Positions 1-12,200 of a stretch of DNA of 64,000 bases are shown one piece after another (position 1 is the first letter of the stretch; every line of letters begins with the position of its first letter). The notes below the pieces were generated by a model. That model had not been told where the DNA came from. It did no database searches and worked only from the letters and a program-made list of their open reading frames with translations. A program made the position numbers and the translations under genes. Source of the DNA: Haliotis cracherodii (Eukaryota); contig NW_027266297.1 in assembly GCF_022045235.1 (NCBI RefSeq), forward strand, positions 31,062,001 through 31,126,000, in the 5' to 3' direction.

Positions 1-341
1 GATTTATTGATCTGATGTAGGGTTAAACATTCCTCAGTGACAAAACCCAAGATAGTACACGCTAGTATCCTGATTATGTAATGACTCATTACTCCCCACC
101 ACATGTCCATACTTGGCTATAAACCTATTTCAGCTTCCTTAGCAAATAACCAAACAGGTTCTTGTCAAACAAATTGCCCATCCCAAATTTTAGGTCTTTT
201 TACTTGAGAGAACCAAGTAATGTAAAGCCCCCTAAATGTCAATCTAAGTGAGTGAGTGCATGTTGTTTTGCTGTCTGTCTAGAAAATCTCCATCTAGTCT
301 GGGTCAGACAAACCAGTAGCTGATGGCTGACAAACTGTCCA

Positions 342-505
342 CTACATCATGATGTCATACACGATGACGATGATGATGATGATGATGTCACATACATGAT
401 GATGATGATGTCACATACATGATAATGATGATGGCACATACATGATGATGATGACAATGATGATGTCACATACATGATGATGATGATGATGATGATGATG
501 ATACA
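342..505 (+). repeat. (GAT)n/GTCACATACAT compound microsatellite, left arm of an inverted pair
   Basis: Read directly from the sequence. Confidence 0.85.
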
Positions 506-612
506 GCAGGAAACACAATTCACAGACCATCCCCTAGAAGTATTTTGTCCTTATAGGGGATGTTGTAACATGGAGAGCTGTGAAATACATAGTAGGGTCT
601 TCTTTAGTGATA

Positions 613-775
613 GGGGCGGTCGGGTAGCCTAGTGGTTAAAGCGTTCGCTCGTCACGCCGAAGACCCTAGTTTGATTCCCGACATGGGTACAATGTGTGAA
701 GCCCATTTCTGGTGTTCCCGCCGTGATATTGCTGGGATATTGCTAAAAGCGGCGTAAAACCATACTCACTCACTC
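613..775 (+). mobile_element. SINE family A (tRNA-Asp-like head, (ACTC)n tail)
   Basis: A box TAGCCTAGTGG, GTC loop, degenerate B box, ACTC tail; many copies in the window. Confidence 0.85.
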
Positions 776-873
776 CTCACTATTTGGTGATATAAAGGGA
801 CATCCCAAGTTGGGGGGGGGGGGGGGGTAACAGGACAGAATAGGCAGCACCAGCACTGGCTCATCGTATGTGG

Positions 874-1056
874 TTGTATCATCATCATCATCATCATCAT
901 GTATGTGACATCATCATCATCATCATCATCATCATGTATGTGACATCATCATCATCATGTATGTGACATCATCATCATGTTTGTGACATCATCATCATCA
1001 TCATGTATGTGACATCATCATCATGTATGTGATATCATCATCATCATCACGTACAT
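874..1056 (-). repeat. (CAT)n/ATGTATGTGAC compound microsatellite, right arm of the inverted pair
   Basis: Reverse-complement pattern of 342-505. Confidence 0.85.
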
Positions 1057-1399
1057 GACCCAGGAAAAGAAACAACTTGCAAGTCTTCTTTCAGAAACTC
1101 TCCCCACATTCAAGCCTGTACAGGAAGCTGATAAAAATGTTTACTTTATGAGGACCTTATTATAACATCAAAATAAACAAATTCTGAGATAACCTTAAGG
1201 TACTTCAAACAAAGTTATAAAAATTCCTTTCAAGGTGAATACATTTATGCCTCACAGTTTACAATAAGTAACAGCTATTAACAAACTTCTGTGGATGAGC
1301 TACTGATGGAGACGAGAGATGGTTTATGTGAGGTGTATTACAAGGTCTATGAGATACGCCCTTGTGTAATGTTGAATGTTGAGGGAATATTTACGACAT

Positions 1400-2659
1400 C
1401 AATGCCCCTGGTGGTGAATCTGTGAAGAACCAAAGGGACAACTATGCTACCTGGTGGTGAATCTGTGATGAACCAAAGGGACAACGATGCCCCCTGGCGG
1501 CGAATCTGTGATGAACCAAAGGGACAACAACACCCCCTGCTGGCAAATCTGTGATGAACCAAAGGGACTACGATGCCCCCTGGTGGTGAATCTGTGATGA
1601 ACCAAAGGGACTACGATGCCCCCTGGTGGTGAATCTGTGATGAACCAAAGGGACAACAACACCCCCTGGTGGCAAATCTGTGATGAACCAAAGGGACAAC
1701 AATGCCCCCTGCTGGCAAATCTGTGATGAACCAAAGGGACAACGATGCCCCCTGGTGGTGAATCTGTGATTAACCATAGGGACAACGATGCCCCCTGGTG
1801 GCAAATCTGTGATGAACCAAAGGGACAATGATGCTACCTGGTGGTGAATCTGTGATGAACCATAGGGACAACGATGCCCCCTGGTGGCAAATCTGTGATG
1901 AACCAAAGGGACAATGATGCTACCTGGTGGCAAATCTGTGATGAACCATAGGGACAACAACGCCCCCTGGTGGTGAATCTGTGATGAACCAAAGGGACAA
2001 CGATATCCCCTGGTGGTGAATCTGTGATGAACCAAAGGGACAACGATGCCCCCTGCTGGCAAATCTGTGATGAACCAAAGGGACAACAATGCCCCCTGGT
2101 GGCAAATCTGTGATGAACCAAAGGGACAACAATGCCCCCTGGTGGCAAATCTGTGATGAACCAAAGGGACAACGATGCCCCCTGCTGGCAAATCTGTGAT
2201 GAACCAAAGGGACAACAATGCCCCCTGCTGGCAAATCTGTGATGAACCAAAGGGACAACGATGCCCCCTGGTGGTGAATCTGTGATTAACCATAGGGACA
2301 ACGATGCCCCCTGGTGGCAAATCTGTGATGAACCAAAGGGACAATGATGCTACCTGGTGGTGAATCTGTGATGAACCATAGGGACAACGATGCCCCCTGG
2401 TGGCAAATCTGTGATGAACAAAAAGGGACAATGATGCTACCTGGTGGCAAATCTGTCATGAACCATAGGGACAACAACGCCCCCTGGTGGTGAATCTGTG
2501 ATGAACCAAAGGGACAACGATATCCCCTGGTGGTGAATCTGTGATGAACCAAAGGGACAATGATGCTACCTGGTGGCAAATCTGTGATGAACCATAGGGA
2601 CAACAACGCCCCCTGGTGGTGAATCTGTGATGAACCAAAGGGACAACGATACCCCCTGG
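1400..2659. repeat. 43-bp minisatellite, ~29 copies
   Basis: Unit GATGCCCCCTGGTGGTGAATCTGTGATGAACCAAAGGGACAAC, period 43 (1572 to 1615). Confidence 0.95.
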
Positions 2660-3348
2660 TCAAAAATATGTTAATACATGGTGTAGTCATACGAAGGCAG
2701 CCATGCTTGATATTTGGAGAAAGTAGTTTATGAAAAGTGTCTTGTTTGTTTGTTTGTCAGCAATATTCATTTCCATTGAGTTATTCCATAACATTACACT
2801 GACACCAATAATAAACTGTCAAAAACCATCTTGATCTCAGGCAATGAATCCTGAAATCCATTGTGGTTTGAATACACAATCAAAATCAATGGGCTCAATG
2901 GTTTAGTGTTTGACCTTCAACAATGTCAGTGTATACAAGCGCCACTGGCAACATGTCCTTGCATATTGACAGCACAACACATGTCAACTCCCGCAATGAA
3001 GGCCTCAAGACAACTTGTTACCATTGCTTCCGAATAGGGAAGCTCCACACGGTGTTATACACATGGTAGTCAATGCAATGTGCTGGAAATGCTGATCCAT
3101 GTGATGTTACTTTGTATGTACTGACATGACATTTGGTCAATATTTGCTAGTCTGATCAAATTATTCTGTACAAGCACTCAGCCACAATGGAAATGAATCA
3201 ATCGAAAAGTTACATGGGATCATGTTGGATCACACCAGACAGTTGCTACCCTGTTCCTGCTGAAAGGAAATGAAATTCTTACATCAATTCAGTACCTGAT
3301 CACAGCAAATCACAAACGGGTTTAAGTTATATGCTATATTTCTGTTCA

Positions 3349-3448
3349 AGTGAGTGAGTGAGTGAGTGGGTGGGTGGGTGGGTGAGTGAGTGAGTGAGTG
3401 AGTGAGTGAGTGAGTGAGTGAGTGAGTGAGTGAGTGAGTGAGTGAGTG
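3349..3448. repeat. (GAGT)n microsatellite
   Basis: Read directly from the sequence. Confidence 0.9.
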
Positions 3449-3530
3449 TGGTTCTACACAATCTCCTGTTCAGCTACAGATCTATGATTGAGTGTGGATG
3501 CATATGCTTTGAAACATTTTGCAGTTAGTT

Positions 3531-3699
3531 GTGAGTGAGTGAGTGAGTGGGGTTTTACCCCACTTTTAGTAATATTCCAGCAATATCATGGTAGGGGACA
3601 AACAAATGGGCTTCACACATTGTACCGATGTCGGGAATCGACTCCGGGTCTTCGGTGTGACCAGTGAATGCTTTAACCACTCTGCTACCCGACTGCCCC
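3531..3699 (-). mobile_element. SINE family A
   Basis: Reverse complement of 613-775. Confidence 0.85.
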
Positions 3700-4073
3700 T
3701 TCTATTCAAGTGATTTATACAAAGAAAACCCAATTTCAAAAGAAGCTAATGAATTCCTGATAATGAAGTTAAAGGACACCCAATTTCAGGTTAAAAGAAC
3801 CCCCGATTTTTTTATATGGCTTTTGTTAATGTCATGTCATGGCAGATTAACTAGGCTCATATGAAACAATTAGATGTTCTACACAAATATGTTTCGACCT
3901 TGTGAATTACACATCATTTCTAAAAAAAAATTAATTTAGAAATCCATGTTTTCAATATGAATATCATGCATCTACTATTCTCTGATTAAAATGTAAATAA
4001 ACTAATGCTATGACCAAATGTATTCATCTTTCAATAGCTTTCAATAGCTCTGGCATTTCATCCAGCTTTTCAG

Positions 4074-4325
4074 GGTGATTCGCTGTGAGAGTTGCGTCCC
4101 TTGGGCGCGCCAGAAACCTATGACTGTGGGTTCGAGTCCTGGTTCGCCCCGATTATGTTTCTAGGTTTGTCTGCACCATACCCATGCTCATGGGTTTCAC
4201 CGAAGTGGTAAACATCTGAGACCTGCATCACTTCAGGCTTTCCTCCCACATCAAGCTGACACACCGCGATATAACTGGAATACTGTTCAAAGACGAGTCA
4301 AACCCAACTCACTCACTCACACACT
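4074..4325 (+). mobile_element. SINE family C, 5'-truncated
   Basis: Matches 49297-49597; 15-bp TSD catccagcttt(t/a)cag at 4059-4073 and 4326-4340. Confidence 0.85.
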
Positions 4326-4401
4326 CATCCAGCTTTACAGAAAGTCAGTCCCAGGCTTGCAGCTACAGATCACTAGCCTTACACAACACACACATTTTTA
4401 C

Positions 4402-4498
4402 CTGCATATCGTTTCTCTTCAGGAACGCACCATGGCTTTCTTTATCTCCACAACAAAGACACAACCCAAGACTTGAACTGATATCATATCCCCATAAC
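4402..4498 (-). CDS. Candidate exon (R)LWGYDISSSLGLCLCCGDKESHGAFLKRNDMQ
   Basis: tgtgtcatcctgtag| acceptor and CAG|GTAAAA donor; 97 nt. Only the phase 2 to 0 frame is open, which matches the 6880-6834 exon. Confidence 0.35.
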
Positions 4499-4790
4499 CT
4501 ACAGGATGACACAACACATCAATGGGGGAGCTCCACATAGTTATGACCTAACTGTTTATATATACATTAGTGTGGTGAGAGTCCTCTATACATAGGGATT
4601 AGTTTCATTCTTACCAAAACGTTATGAGACAGGGGTGGTGAGATCACCATCTTCCCCACATTCATCATCAGTCAAAATGTGTCGAGTCACAGCTAGGGGT
4701 CTGATAGCGAAAGTGCAAAGATGTCATTCACTTTATCAGATTTTGTCAAATCCATGTGCAGCTGCTGGTGCTTTTGTATAACTGGAAGCA

Positions 4791-5150
4791 TTGTCTATAA
4801 AGGGACTGTTGCACCATATCAGTTTTGTGCTTGTCTATAAAGGGACTGTTGCGCCATATCAGTTTTGTGCTTGTCTATAAAGGGACTGTTGCGCCATATC
4901 AGTTTTGTGTTTGTCTATAAAGGGACTGTTTCTCCATATCAGTTTTGTGCTTGTCTTTAAAGGGACTGTTTCTCAACATCAATTTTGTGCTTGTCTTTAA
5001 AGGGACTGTTTCTCAACATCAGTTTTGTGCTTGTCTTTAAAGGGACTGTTTCTCAAAATCAGTTTTGTTCTTGTCTTTAAAGGGACTATTTCTCCATATC
5101 AGTCTTGTACCTTTATTTAAAGGGACTGTTTCACCATATCAGTTTTGTGC
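4791..5150. repeat. 40-bp minisatellite x9
   Basis: TTGTCTATAAAGGGACTGTTGCACCATATCAGTTTTGTGC. Confidence 0.9.
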
Positions 5151-5321
5151 TAGATTGTCAGTGGAGCAACAGCATACGTGTATATGCAACTATGTGTTCA
5201 TGCTGTGTTGAGGATAGTGTCATGTGTATTGTGTTGTGTATGCACTTGTGTAATGATTAATGCTGAATGTTTATAGTGTCAATTATGCTGCATATTTACA
5301 GAGTTTAGTTCAGCCTTGTCT

Positions 5322-5740
5322 TGTGTTTAATGCTGCATGTGAGTAGTGCTTAATACTGCATGTCCAGTGCTTAATGCTGCATGTCCAGTGCTTAATGCTG
5401 CATGTGAATAGTGCTTAATGCTGCATGTGAATAGTGCTTAATGCTGCATGTGAATAGTGCTTAATGCTGCATGTGAGAAGTGCTTAATGATACATGTCTT
5501 GTGCTGAATGCTGCATGTGAGAAGTGCTTAATGCTGCATGTCTTGTGCTAAATATTGCATGTCTAGTGCCTACTGCTGCATGTGAGAAGTGCTTAATGCT
5601 GCATGTCTTGTGCTTAATGCTGCATGTGAAAAGTACTTCATGCTGCATGTGAGTAGTGCTTAATGCTGCATGTCTAGTGCCTACTACTGCATGTGAGAAG
5701 TACTAAATGCTGCATGTGGGAAATGCTTAATGCTGCATGT
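5322..5740. repeat. 20-23-bp minisatellite
   Basis: GTGCTTAATGCTGCATGT(GAATA) units. Confidence 0.85.
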
Positions 5741-6404
5741 TGTACCATTAAACTCCGCTTAATACCACAGTGCCGTAGATGTACAGGGAACTGAACTCAG
5801 CTCCTCAGCAAGATCAGAAAACACATTAACCACTGTACTACTTAAAGACCTTGGGTCTAACAAGCTCTGTTAGTTTAGTTTTATAAATCAAATTTCTTTC
5901 CAAATGTCAGGCCCATGTTTCAAAATAAAATATCAGGAGAATTACGAAGAATATAACTAACTTAAGAGTCCTCCACAGCAGATTTCCAAGTAATCATCCT
6001 AACTCAAGGGTCAGGCTCCACCACTCTAAATCACAGTCTGTCTAACTTGAAACATTGAATTTTACACATCCCTTAGGCAAGACACCACAACATGAAACCA
6101 CAAGCCTCCTATCTGTCTTTATCATGTCTAGAGATGGAGCCAGTCATACTGAATATAAATCAATAAGACCAACTTCAGAAATCAAGACCAAAATATCTAT
6201 TAAGAAACAAAACACACTGCATCCTGTCTAATCTAAGCATGTGTGGGGACGTGGTTGTATCCCATTTGCAGCTGTACTACATGCACAATGTGTCTGGGGA
6301 CACTGACGGTGAGCACATTGTACCCAGATCACCCTCTTAGACTGAACTGTGAAACATACATCTGATGAAGAATTCATGAGGAAAAACACAGAGAAAACAT
6401 GAAG

Positions 6405-6775
6405 CCATGGTAAAGGCATGGTGAAGACACGGGTAAAGCATGGGTAAAGCATGGTGAAGACACGGGGAATGCATGGTGAAGACATGGGTAAAGCATGATG
6501 AATGTATGGTGAAGACACGGGTAAAGCATGGGGAATGCCTTGGTGAAGGCATGGTGAATGCCTTGGTGAAGGCATGGTGAATGCATGGTAAAGACACGGG
6601 TAAAGCATGGGCAAGACACAGGTAAAGCATGGGGAATGGATGGTAAATACATGGGTAAGGTATTTGAGAGGCATGGGGAAGAAATGGGTATAGCATGGGG
6701 AATGCATGGGGAATGCATGGGGAATGCATGGTGAACACATGGGCATGGGTAAGGCATGGGGAATGCGTGGGGAAG
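6405..6775. repeat. Degenerate 10-11-bp repeat (GCATGGGTAAA/GCATGGTGAA)
   Basis: Read directly; source of the three overlapping ORFs 6228-6886. Confidence 0.8.
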
Positions 6776-6833
6776 AAATAAGAATAAGGCCCCAAAACTG
6801 GGAATATGGAAAACTGGGAATATGCTCATATAC

Positions 6834-6880
6834 CTTGTGTAGTAATAGAATATAAAGAAGCTGTCACGCACAGTCGCCAT
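6834..6880 (-). CDS. Candidate internal alternative first exon MATVRDSFFIFYYYT(R)
   Basis: aacATGG start; phase-2 donor AAG|GTATAT; CpG-containing upstream region 6900-7130. Confidence 0.35.
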
Positions 6881-7230
6881 GTTCAAAATCTTAAAACGTT
6901 TTTTTAAAGTTGACAGCTTTGTAGAATGTCCTTGAAAAGGAGTTGAAATTTATCAAACGGCATCAGCCAGTCCCGCATCTCCTCCCAGCCGCAAGGGAGT
7001 GGGGGTGAAGGTGATGTACGCAATTAAACCATGCCGATTCAGGTAAACACGACATGAACGTGTCAGGAGTGCCGATGGCGGGAATGCTAGTCAACAGGTT
7101 TGGCCACTTTGGGACGTGAGGACATTGGTAATCGCCTGCTAAACAGGAGCCCAGTACACTGATGTATACTAGATGACTGAGGAAGAATAGAGAGGGCTTG
7201 GGAGGATATAGTGATACAGTGTTCCTTCTA

Positions 7231-7790
7231 TACACTGCTCCATGATAGGGAGGGTAGAGATAATGTTTATATCACACACTGCTTCATGATAAGGAGGGTA
7301 GAGATAATGCTTATATTACACACTGCTCCATGATAGGGAGGGTAGAGTTAAAGTTTATATTACACACTTTCTCATGATAGGGAGGGTAGAGATAATGTTT
7401 ATATCACACACTGCTTCATCACACAATGGATTGGTAGAGATAGTGTTTAGATCACAGAGTGCTTCATTATATGTTGGGTAGGATAACGTTCATATTATAT
7501 TCTGCTTCAACTAGGGTGGATAGGATAGTGTTTATACTACTGCTTCATCAAGGGTGGGTTGGACAGTGTTTATACTACTGCTTCACTAAGTGTGGATAGG
7601 ATAGTGTTTATACTACTGCTTCATCAAGGGTGGGTAGGAGACTGTTTATACTACTGCTTCATCAAGGGTGGATAGGATAGTGTTTATACTACTGCTTCAT
7701 CAAGGGAGGGTTGGACAATGTTTATACTACTGCTTTATCAAGGGTGGCTGAGGATGGAGTTAATATCATATACCGCTTCATCACAGGGCT
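7231..7790. repeat. 44-bp array grading into a related 38-bp array
   Basis: Both units share ACTGCTTCAT...GGGT...GTTTATA. Confidence 0.8.
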
Positions 7791-10046
7791 GGCAAAGATG
7801 AATTATATTATAAGTTTCTGCTAAATCATAGGACAGGCTATATAATAGGAAGATGATTTATATAGAATTGTAAAACCTGTTTGTTATTTCGATGTATACA
7901 ACAGTGCATGAATAGAGGCATTCAAGCTGTGTCCTGGTGAATGGGCAGTGTTCATGAATCCAACACACCCTGTTGTGTGGATACATTGAGGCAGAATAGG
8001 GAACTTATTTACATGGCCTTGAACATCATACTGAATATTTCAAAAGTTATCCCGACTATCCTGGGTCTCCCTATTCTGCCGACAAGGATCATCACCAAAT
8101 AGAAGTCAAACTAATACTCTGAAGACCATGTTAAGACCCTTCCTATAATAATGGTGACAGAAAGATTAAGTATTTGTTCCTTAGCAACAGCATCAATATT
8201 CTCATCTGTAGTCCTTAAAGGGGGCTGTGCCCATTTTCTGTCCTATTCATTGTAATTAATAATGGGAGGAACTAAGACTTTGTCTCATTGAAATATTTTC
8301 ATTATCATAAACTGCATAATAAAATTTCATCTTGCAGACAAACAGGGTGTTGTTTGAGAAACTTGAATTGAATATGCTAGTGCTGCCAAGTAGCCTGAGC
8401 CTTTTACTTTCACTATTTGACAGGTGCTGCTTTATCAACTGAATTTACATGGTTAATATTTTTATTTTTTTAAATAATTTTAATTCAACTGATGAGGATG
8501 AGTAGGAAATGCCTTCCCTTCAAAGGAGACACAAAACCAATTCACCTTGAGGGAATAAATATATTTTATCAAGAGTAAAAATGAAGATGCAATAAATTTC
8601 TATTTACATTTCCTAAGGTTCAATATTTGTATGCCAGAGTTTGTTAATATCTCTAAATTGTGATAAAGATAAACCTCTTATCATGTCAAGGAAAAAATAT
8701 TTCCATAATGTACAAATATTAGGTCTTCCTCTCATGCTAATTTCATCAATACATTTCTGTGAGTTTTAATAAACCTCTTAACATGCTCAGGGTAATGCAC
8801 TTCCATAATGTTCAAATATTACACATTCCTACCTTATTAATTTGACAACACACCTTTGAATTTTAATAAGGATCAAACTTTAAGATCATAAAATTCCATG
8901 TCCTTCGCCCAGTGTTCAAATATTATCACGCAAATTTCATCCGACACACCTGTGCAATGTACAACATCAAGCTATCCATCACATCACAGGTGTGACATCA
9001 GCTGGGTGATACATTACAGTATCTGGGTGTTAATCGACATCTTAACCTACTTTTATGTTTATTTTGGCTCAGGACTATTCAGAGAGTGTGCCATAGTACA
9101 CATACCCTTTCCATATCGGGTGGGGAAAGACTACCGAAAAACAGCAGTTGACTGCCCTGAGGGTAAGCCTATAAGGGGGCTTGGTAGTAAAGAATGTTTT
9201 TGTACTAGCGGTTCTTAAGTGTATTTGCGTAGCAGAGATGGGTTAACATGCTATTTCTGATATTCTTCACAATGTCAGTGATTCATTCATTTCTTGCATG
9301 GGAATTCATGAAAGCAAATCAAACAATAAAGATATACTTCCAATTTACATCAAACAATCTGATAAACCTGGTTTCTGATCCGACACAAATGTTTTCAACA
9401 ACAAATTGTTAGCCAAACCAAAAGTAGGTCTTTTTACAAATAAAAATCCTTTTTTCCATCAAAACATGTCATGGTTCAAAGGAGAAAAGAAATAATGCAT
9501 ATATATGCTAAGATCTATAATCTGAAATAATAACAGTTTGCACATAAAAACACAATTGTGATGGCTGTAATCTTTATAATATTGCCTCTATAATCAACAA
9601 GCAGTGGGTGTCCCGGAAAAACATCCAGTTCCTGACATATGAAAGAAAGTACTATCCTGGTTCAGAGAGGCCCCAAGTGTCATTGTAAACAGTAAGCATA
9701 AAAGAATGGCCAGGATTACTATAGTGTGCTTCAGGTCTTGCAAATTGCTAGTTGGTAACGTGCAGGGACCTCCCCCATATTGTTGGTGTGCAATGGAGAT
9801 GATCCACACGGACCATAGGACCATAGTGCTCTGGACCTGAGCATAACAAGGCCTTGAATATATGAATAACGTACACCCAGACATTAGGGAGGCAAGGTCA
9901 TAAAAACAGCTTAGTCGACTTGATTCAGTCATTCGGGACATCAGAAGGGAAGTCTTCAATGTCATGACATCTGGATTAAAATGACCCAGTTTAGTCCAAT
10001 GACGGGCCTTTTAAAATGTAGTAGGTTACAATATTAATGTGTGATT

Positions 10047-10199
10047 GAGTGAGTGCATGAGTGAGTACGCTTTTATGCCACTTTCAGCAATATTCCAGCA
10101 ATTATCACGACAGGGGAAATTGGGGAATTGATGTGTGGAATCGAACCCAGACCTTCGTCGTGACGAGTGAATGCTTTATCCATTAGGCTACCCCATCGC
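10047..10199 (-). mobile_element. SINE family A, degenerate
   Basis: Head and tail recognisable. Confidence 0.7.
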
Positions 10200-11237
10200 T
10201 TCTTTGATATTAACGAATATAATATAGGCAAAAACATATTTATTTCATCATTTAATTAAATCTGATAGTTGATAGGATGGATAATTCTGCAATCGTAAAG
10301 ATGACGAAATGTGTAGTTTTGAGAGTATTTGAAAGTTCATGTAATGGGCCGTAGGTGTGTTTTGGGTCTTAGAACATAGATGGCTTGAAAAGTTCCAGTT
10401 CTGTGAAAGATGATCTGCTTTTCAACATCTTTCGACATACTAATTTAGAAACAGGTCATTCTCTTATTCCAACACATGGCAAAAGAAACTGACTTCCACT
10501 GCAACAAATCATTCCCTTGAAACAAAAAGTGCAGAACAGCTTTCTGCACCATGTTATTGCCTTGCATCCATAGAGTGCATGCATGTTAGTTGTTGAGACC
10601 CACAATTCCGCTTTCAAACAAAGTCATCTTTTCCTCCAAGAGTTCTTATTTTCAAAAGCAGTCTGGGAAAAGAGGAAATCTTGATACCTTTCTAAGTACG
10701 ACCTCCCTGTTTGAGACGGAGAGATTTGTCTGTTTGCCAGTGCCTTCTAGATATACACAAAGCTGTTGGTGTCGACAAGGCAGGTTAAAGACTGTTAAGG
10801 CTGCTGGGGTTACTGACATCAAAGGCTGAAACTGCTCCCCTACAACTGACCAATACATCAAGTAGTGGGCAGCAACTAGCATGACTAGGTGGGGCACCTG
10901 TTGATGGTTTGGACAGGCTCTCCTTCTACAGGTCCTTGAATGGTCAGTTGTTTGGTCAGATAGCCACTTGAACCTTGGATTACAAATGTGTAGGGACAGC
11001 TGGATGGGCTGAACTGATTTGAAGATCCTAGGAAAAACTAGAATGACCATTGGCTTAACTCATATGCTTCACGGTCTGGTGTCCATTTCCAAAGCGCTTT
11101 CCAGCAATATCACAGCAGGGGACGGCAGGATTTGGTTCACAGATTGTAGAGAATCAGTCTCAGGTGTGATCAACCACAAAGCTACCCAACAACCATTAAT
11201 AAATATGTATATGGGGGTCTACAACTACAATGTTAAA

Positions 11238-11670
11238 GGGGCGTTGGGGTAGCCTAGTGGTAAAAGCGTTGGCTCATCACACTAAAGACCTGGGTTCGAT
11301 TCTCCACATGGGTACAATGCCCATTTCCGGTGAAGATCCGGGGAAGCATAGGTCTTCAGCAACCCATGCTTGCCGTAAAAGGCGACTATGCTTGTCATAA
11401 GAGGCGACTAATGGGATCGGGTGGTCAGGTTCACTGACTTGGTTGATGCATGTCATTGATCCCAACTGCATGGATCGATGCCCATGATATCAATCAATGG
11501 ATTGTCTGGTCACGGCTCGATTATTTACAGACTGCCATCAATAGCTGGAATACTGCTGAATGCGGTATTAAACAACAAATAAACAAACAAACATTTCTGG
11601 AGCTCCTTGCCATGATATTGCTGGAATATTGCTAAAGGCAGCATAAAACCTTATTCACTCACTTACTCTC
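11238..11670 (+). mobile_element. SINE family A, split by a family-B insertion
   Basis: Head at 11238-11327; remainder resumes at 11592. Confidence 0.8.
11328..11591 (+). mobile_element. SINE-like family B ((AAAC)n tail)
   Basis: TGTCATAAGAGGCGACTAA core, AAAC tail, TSD catttc; other copies in the window. Confidence 0.8.
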
Positions 11671-12079
11671 AACATTGCATGGATAGTATGCTAGGACCCT
11701 ACACAGATGTTCTCCAACTGTATTTGAAAATTGATTTTTCCATCCTTAACTTTCCCACCCTTGTGAATAAATGAACTGTTCCGCATACAATATAACACCT
11801 ATGGATCGAACACAAGCACAGCTCGGGAGCTGGTGCACCAGATGCTTGAATAATCATTACGTATTGGCAAACACCCGGTAGACAGAATTTCTTAGATTTG
11901 CATAATCAATTAAAATTGATAGTTTTCATTCCCACCCTATGAATATTTTGAGTATTCTGTATCAAACACACAGCGTGCTGTAGGTAGGATTATCTCATCA
12001 TAATATCAGTAACATTTCCTCAACACCTCAGGAAGTCAAAGCCAATACAATTCCAAATCTAAAACACCCTTGCACTTAC

Positions 12080-12085
12080 CAATGG
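12080..12085 (-). CDS. Candidate 6-nt microexon (Pro-Leu, phase 0)
   Basis: gtgtctttcag|CCATTG|gtaagtg. Confidence 0.2.
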
Positions 12086-12092
12086 CTGAAAG

Positions 12093-12200
12093 ACACTGCT
12101 CAAAAGAAGTTAAAGAACACCCAATTCTTTCATATTAGTTTATAGCCATAACATGAATATGAAAGAATCAGGATTTCTTTAACTTCTTTTGTGTAGCATA
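12093..12200. mobile_element. Small MITE (CACTGCTCAAAAGAAGTTAAAGAA terminal inverted repeat), family H
   Basis: ~45-bp imperfect inverted arms; related ends at 24030 and 26001-26044. Confidence 0.6.

Noticed and set aside
1347-2690. Long ORFs up to 287 aa and a CRISPR-like regular repeat
   Set aside because: These are translations of the 43-bp minisatellite. There are no unique spacers or cas genes, and the context is eukaryotic.
4420-4498. GYGD potassium-channel-like motif in another frame of the candidate exon
   Set aside because: The frame stops after ~26 codons and no other channel exons are visible.
6228-6886. Three overlapping 150-170 aa ORFs
   Set aside because: Low-complexity 10-11-bp repeat translations.
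9594-9965. 123-aa ORF with a hydrophobic stretch, considered as a transmembrane-bearing first exon
   Set aside because: No usable donor after the hydrophobic segment and no recognisable homology.
10652-11050. 132-aa ORF
   Set aside because: No recognisable domain or convincing splice sites.
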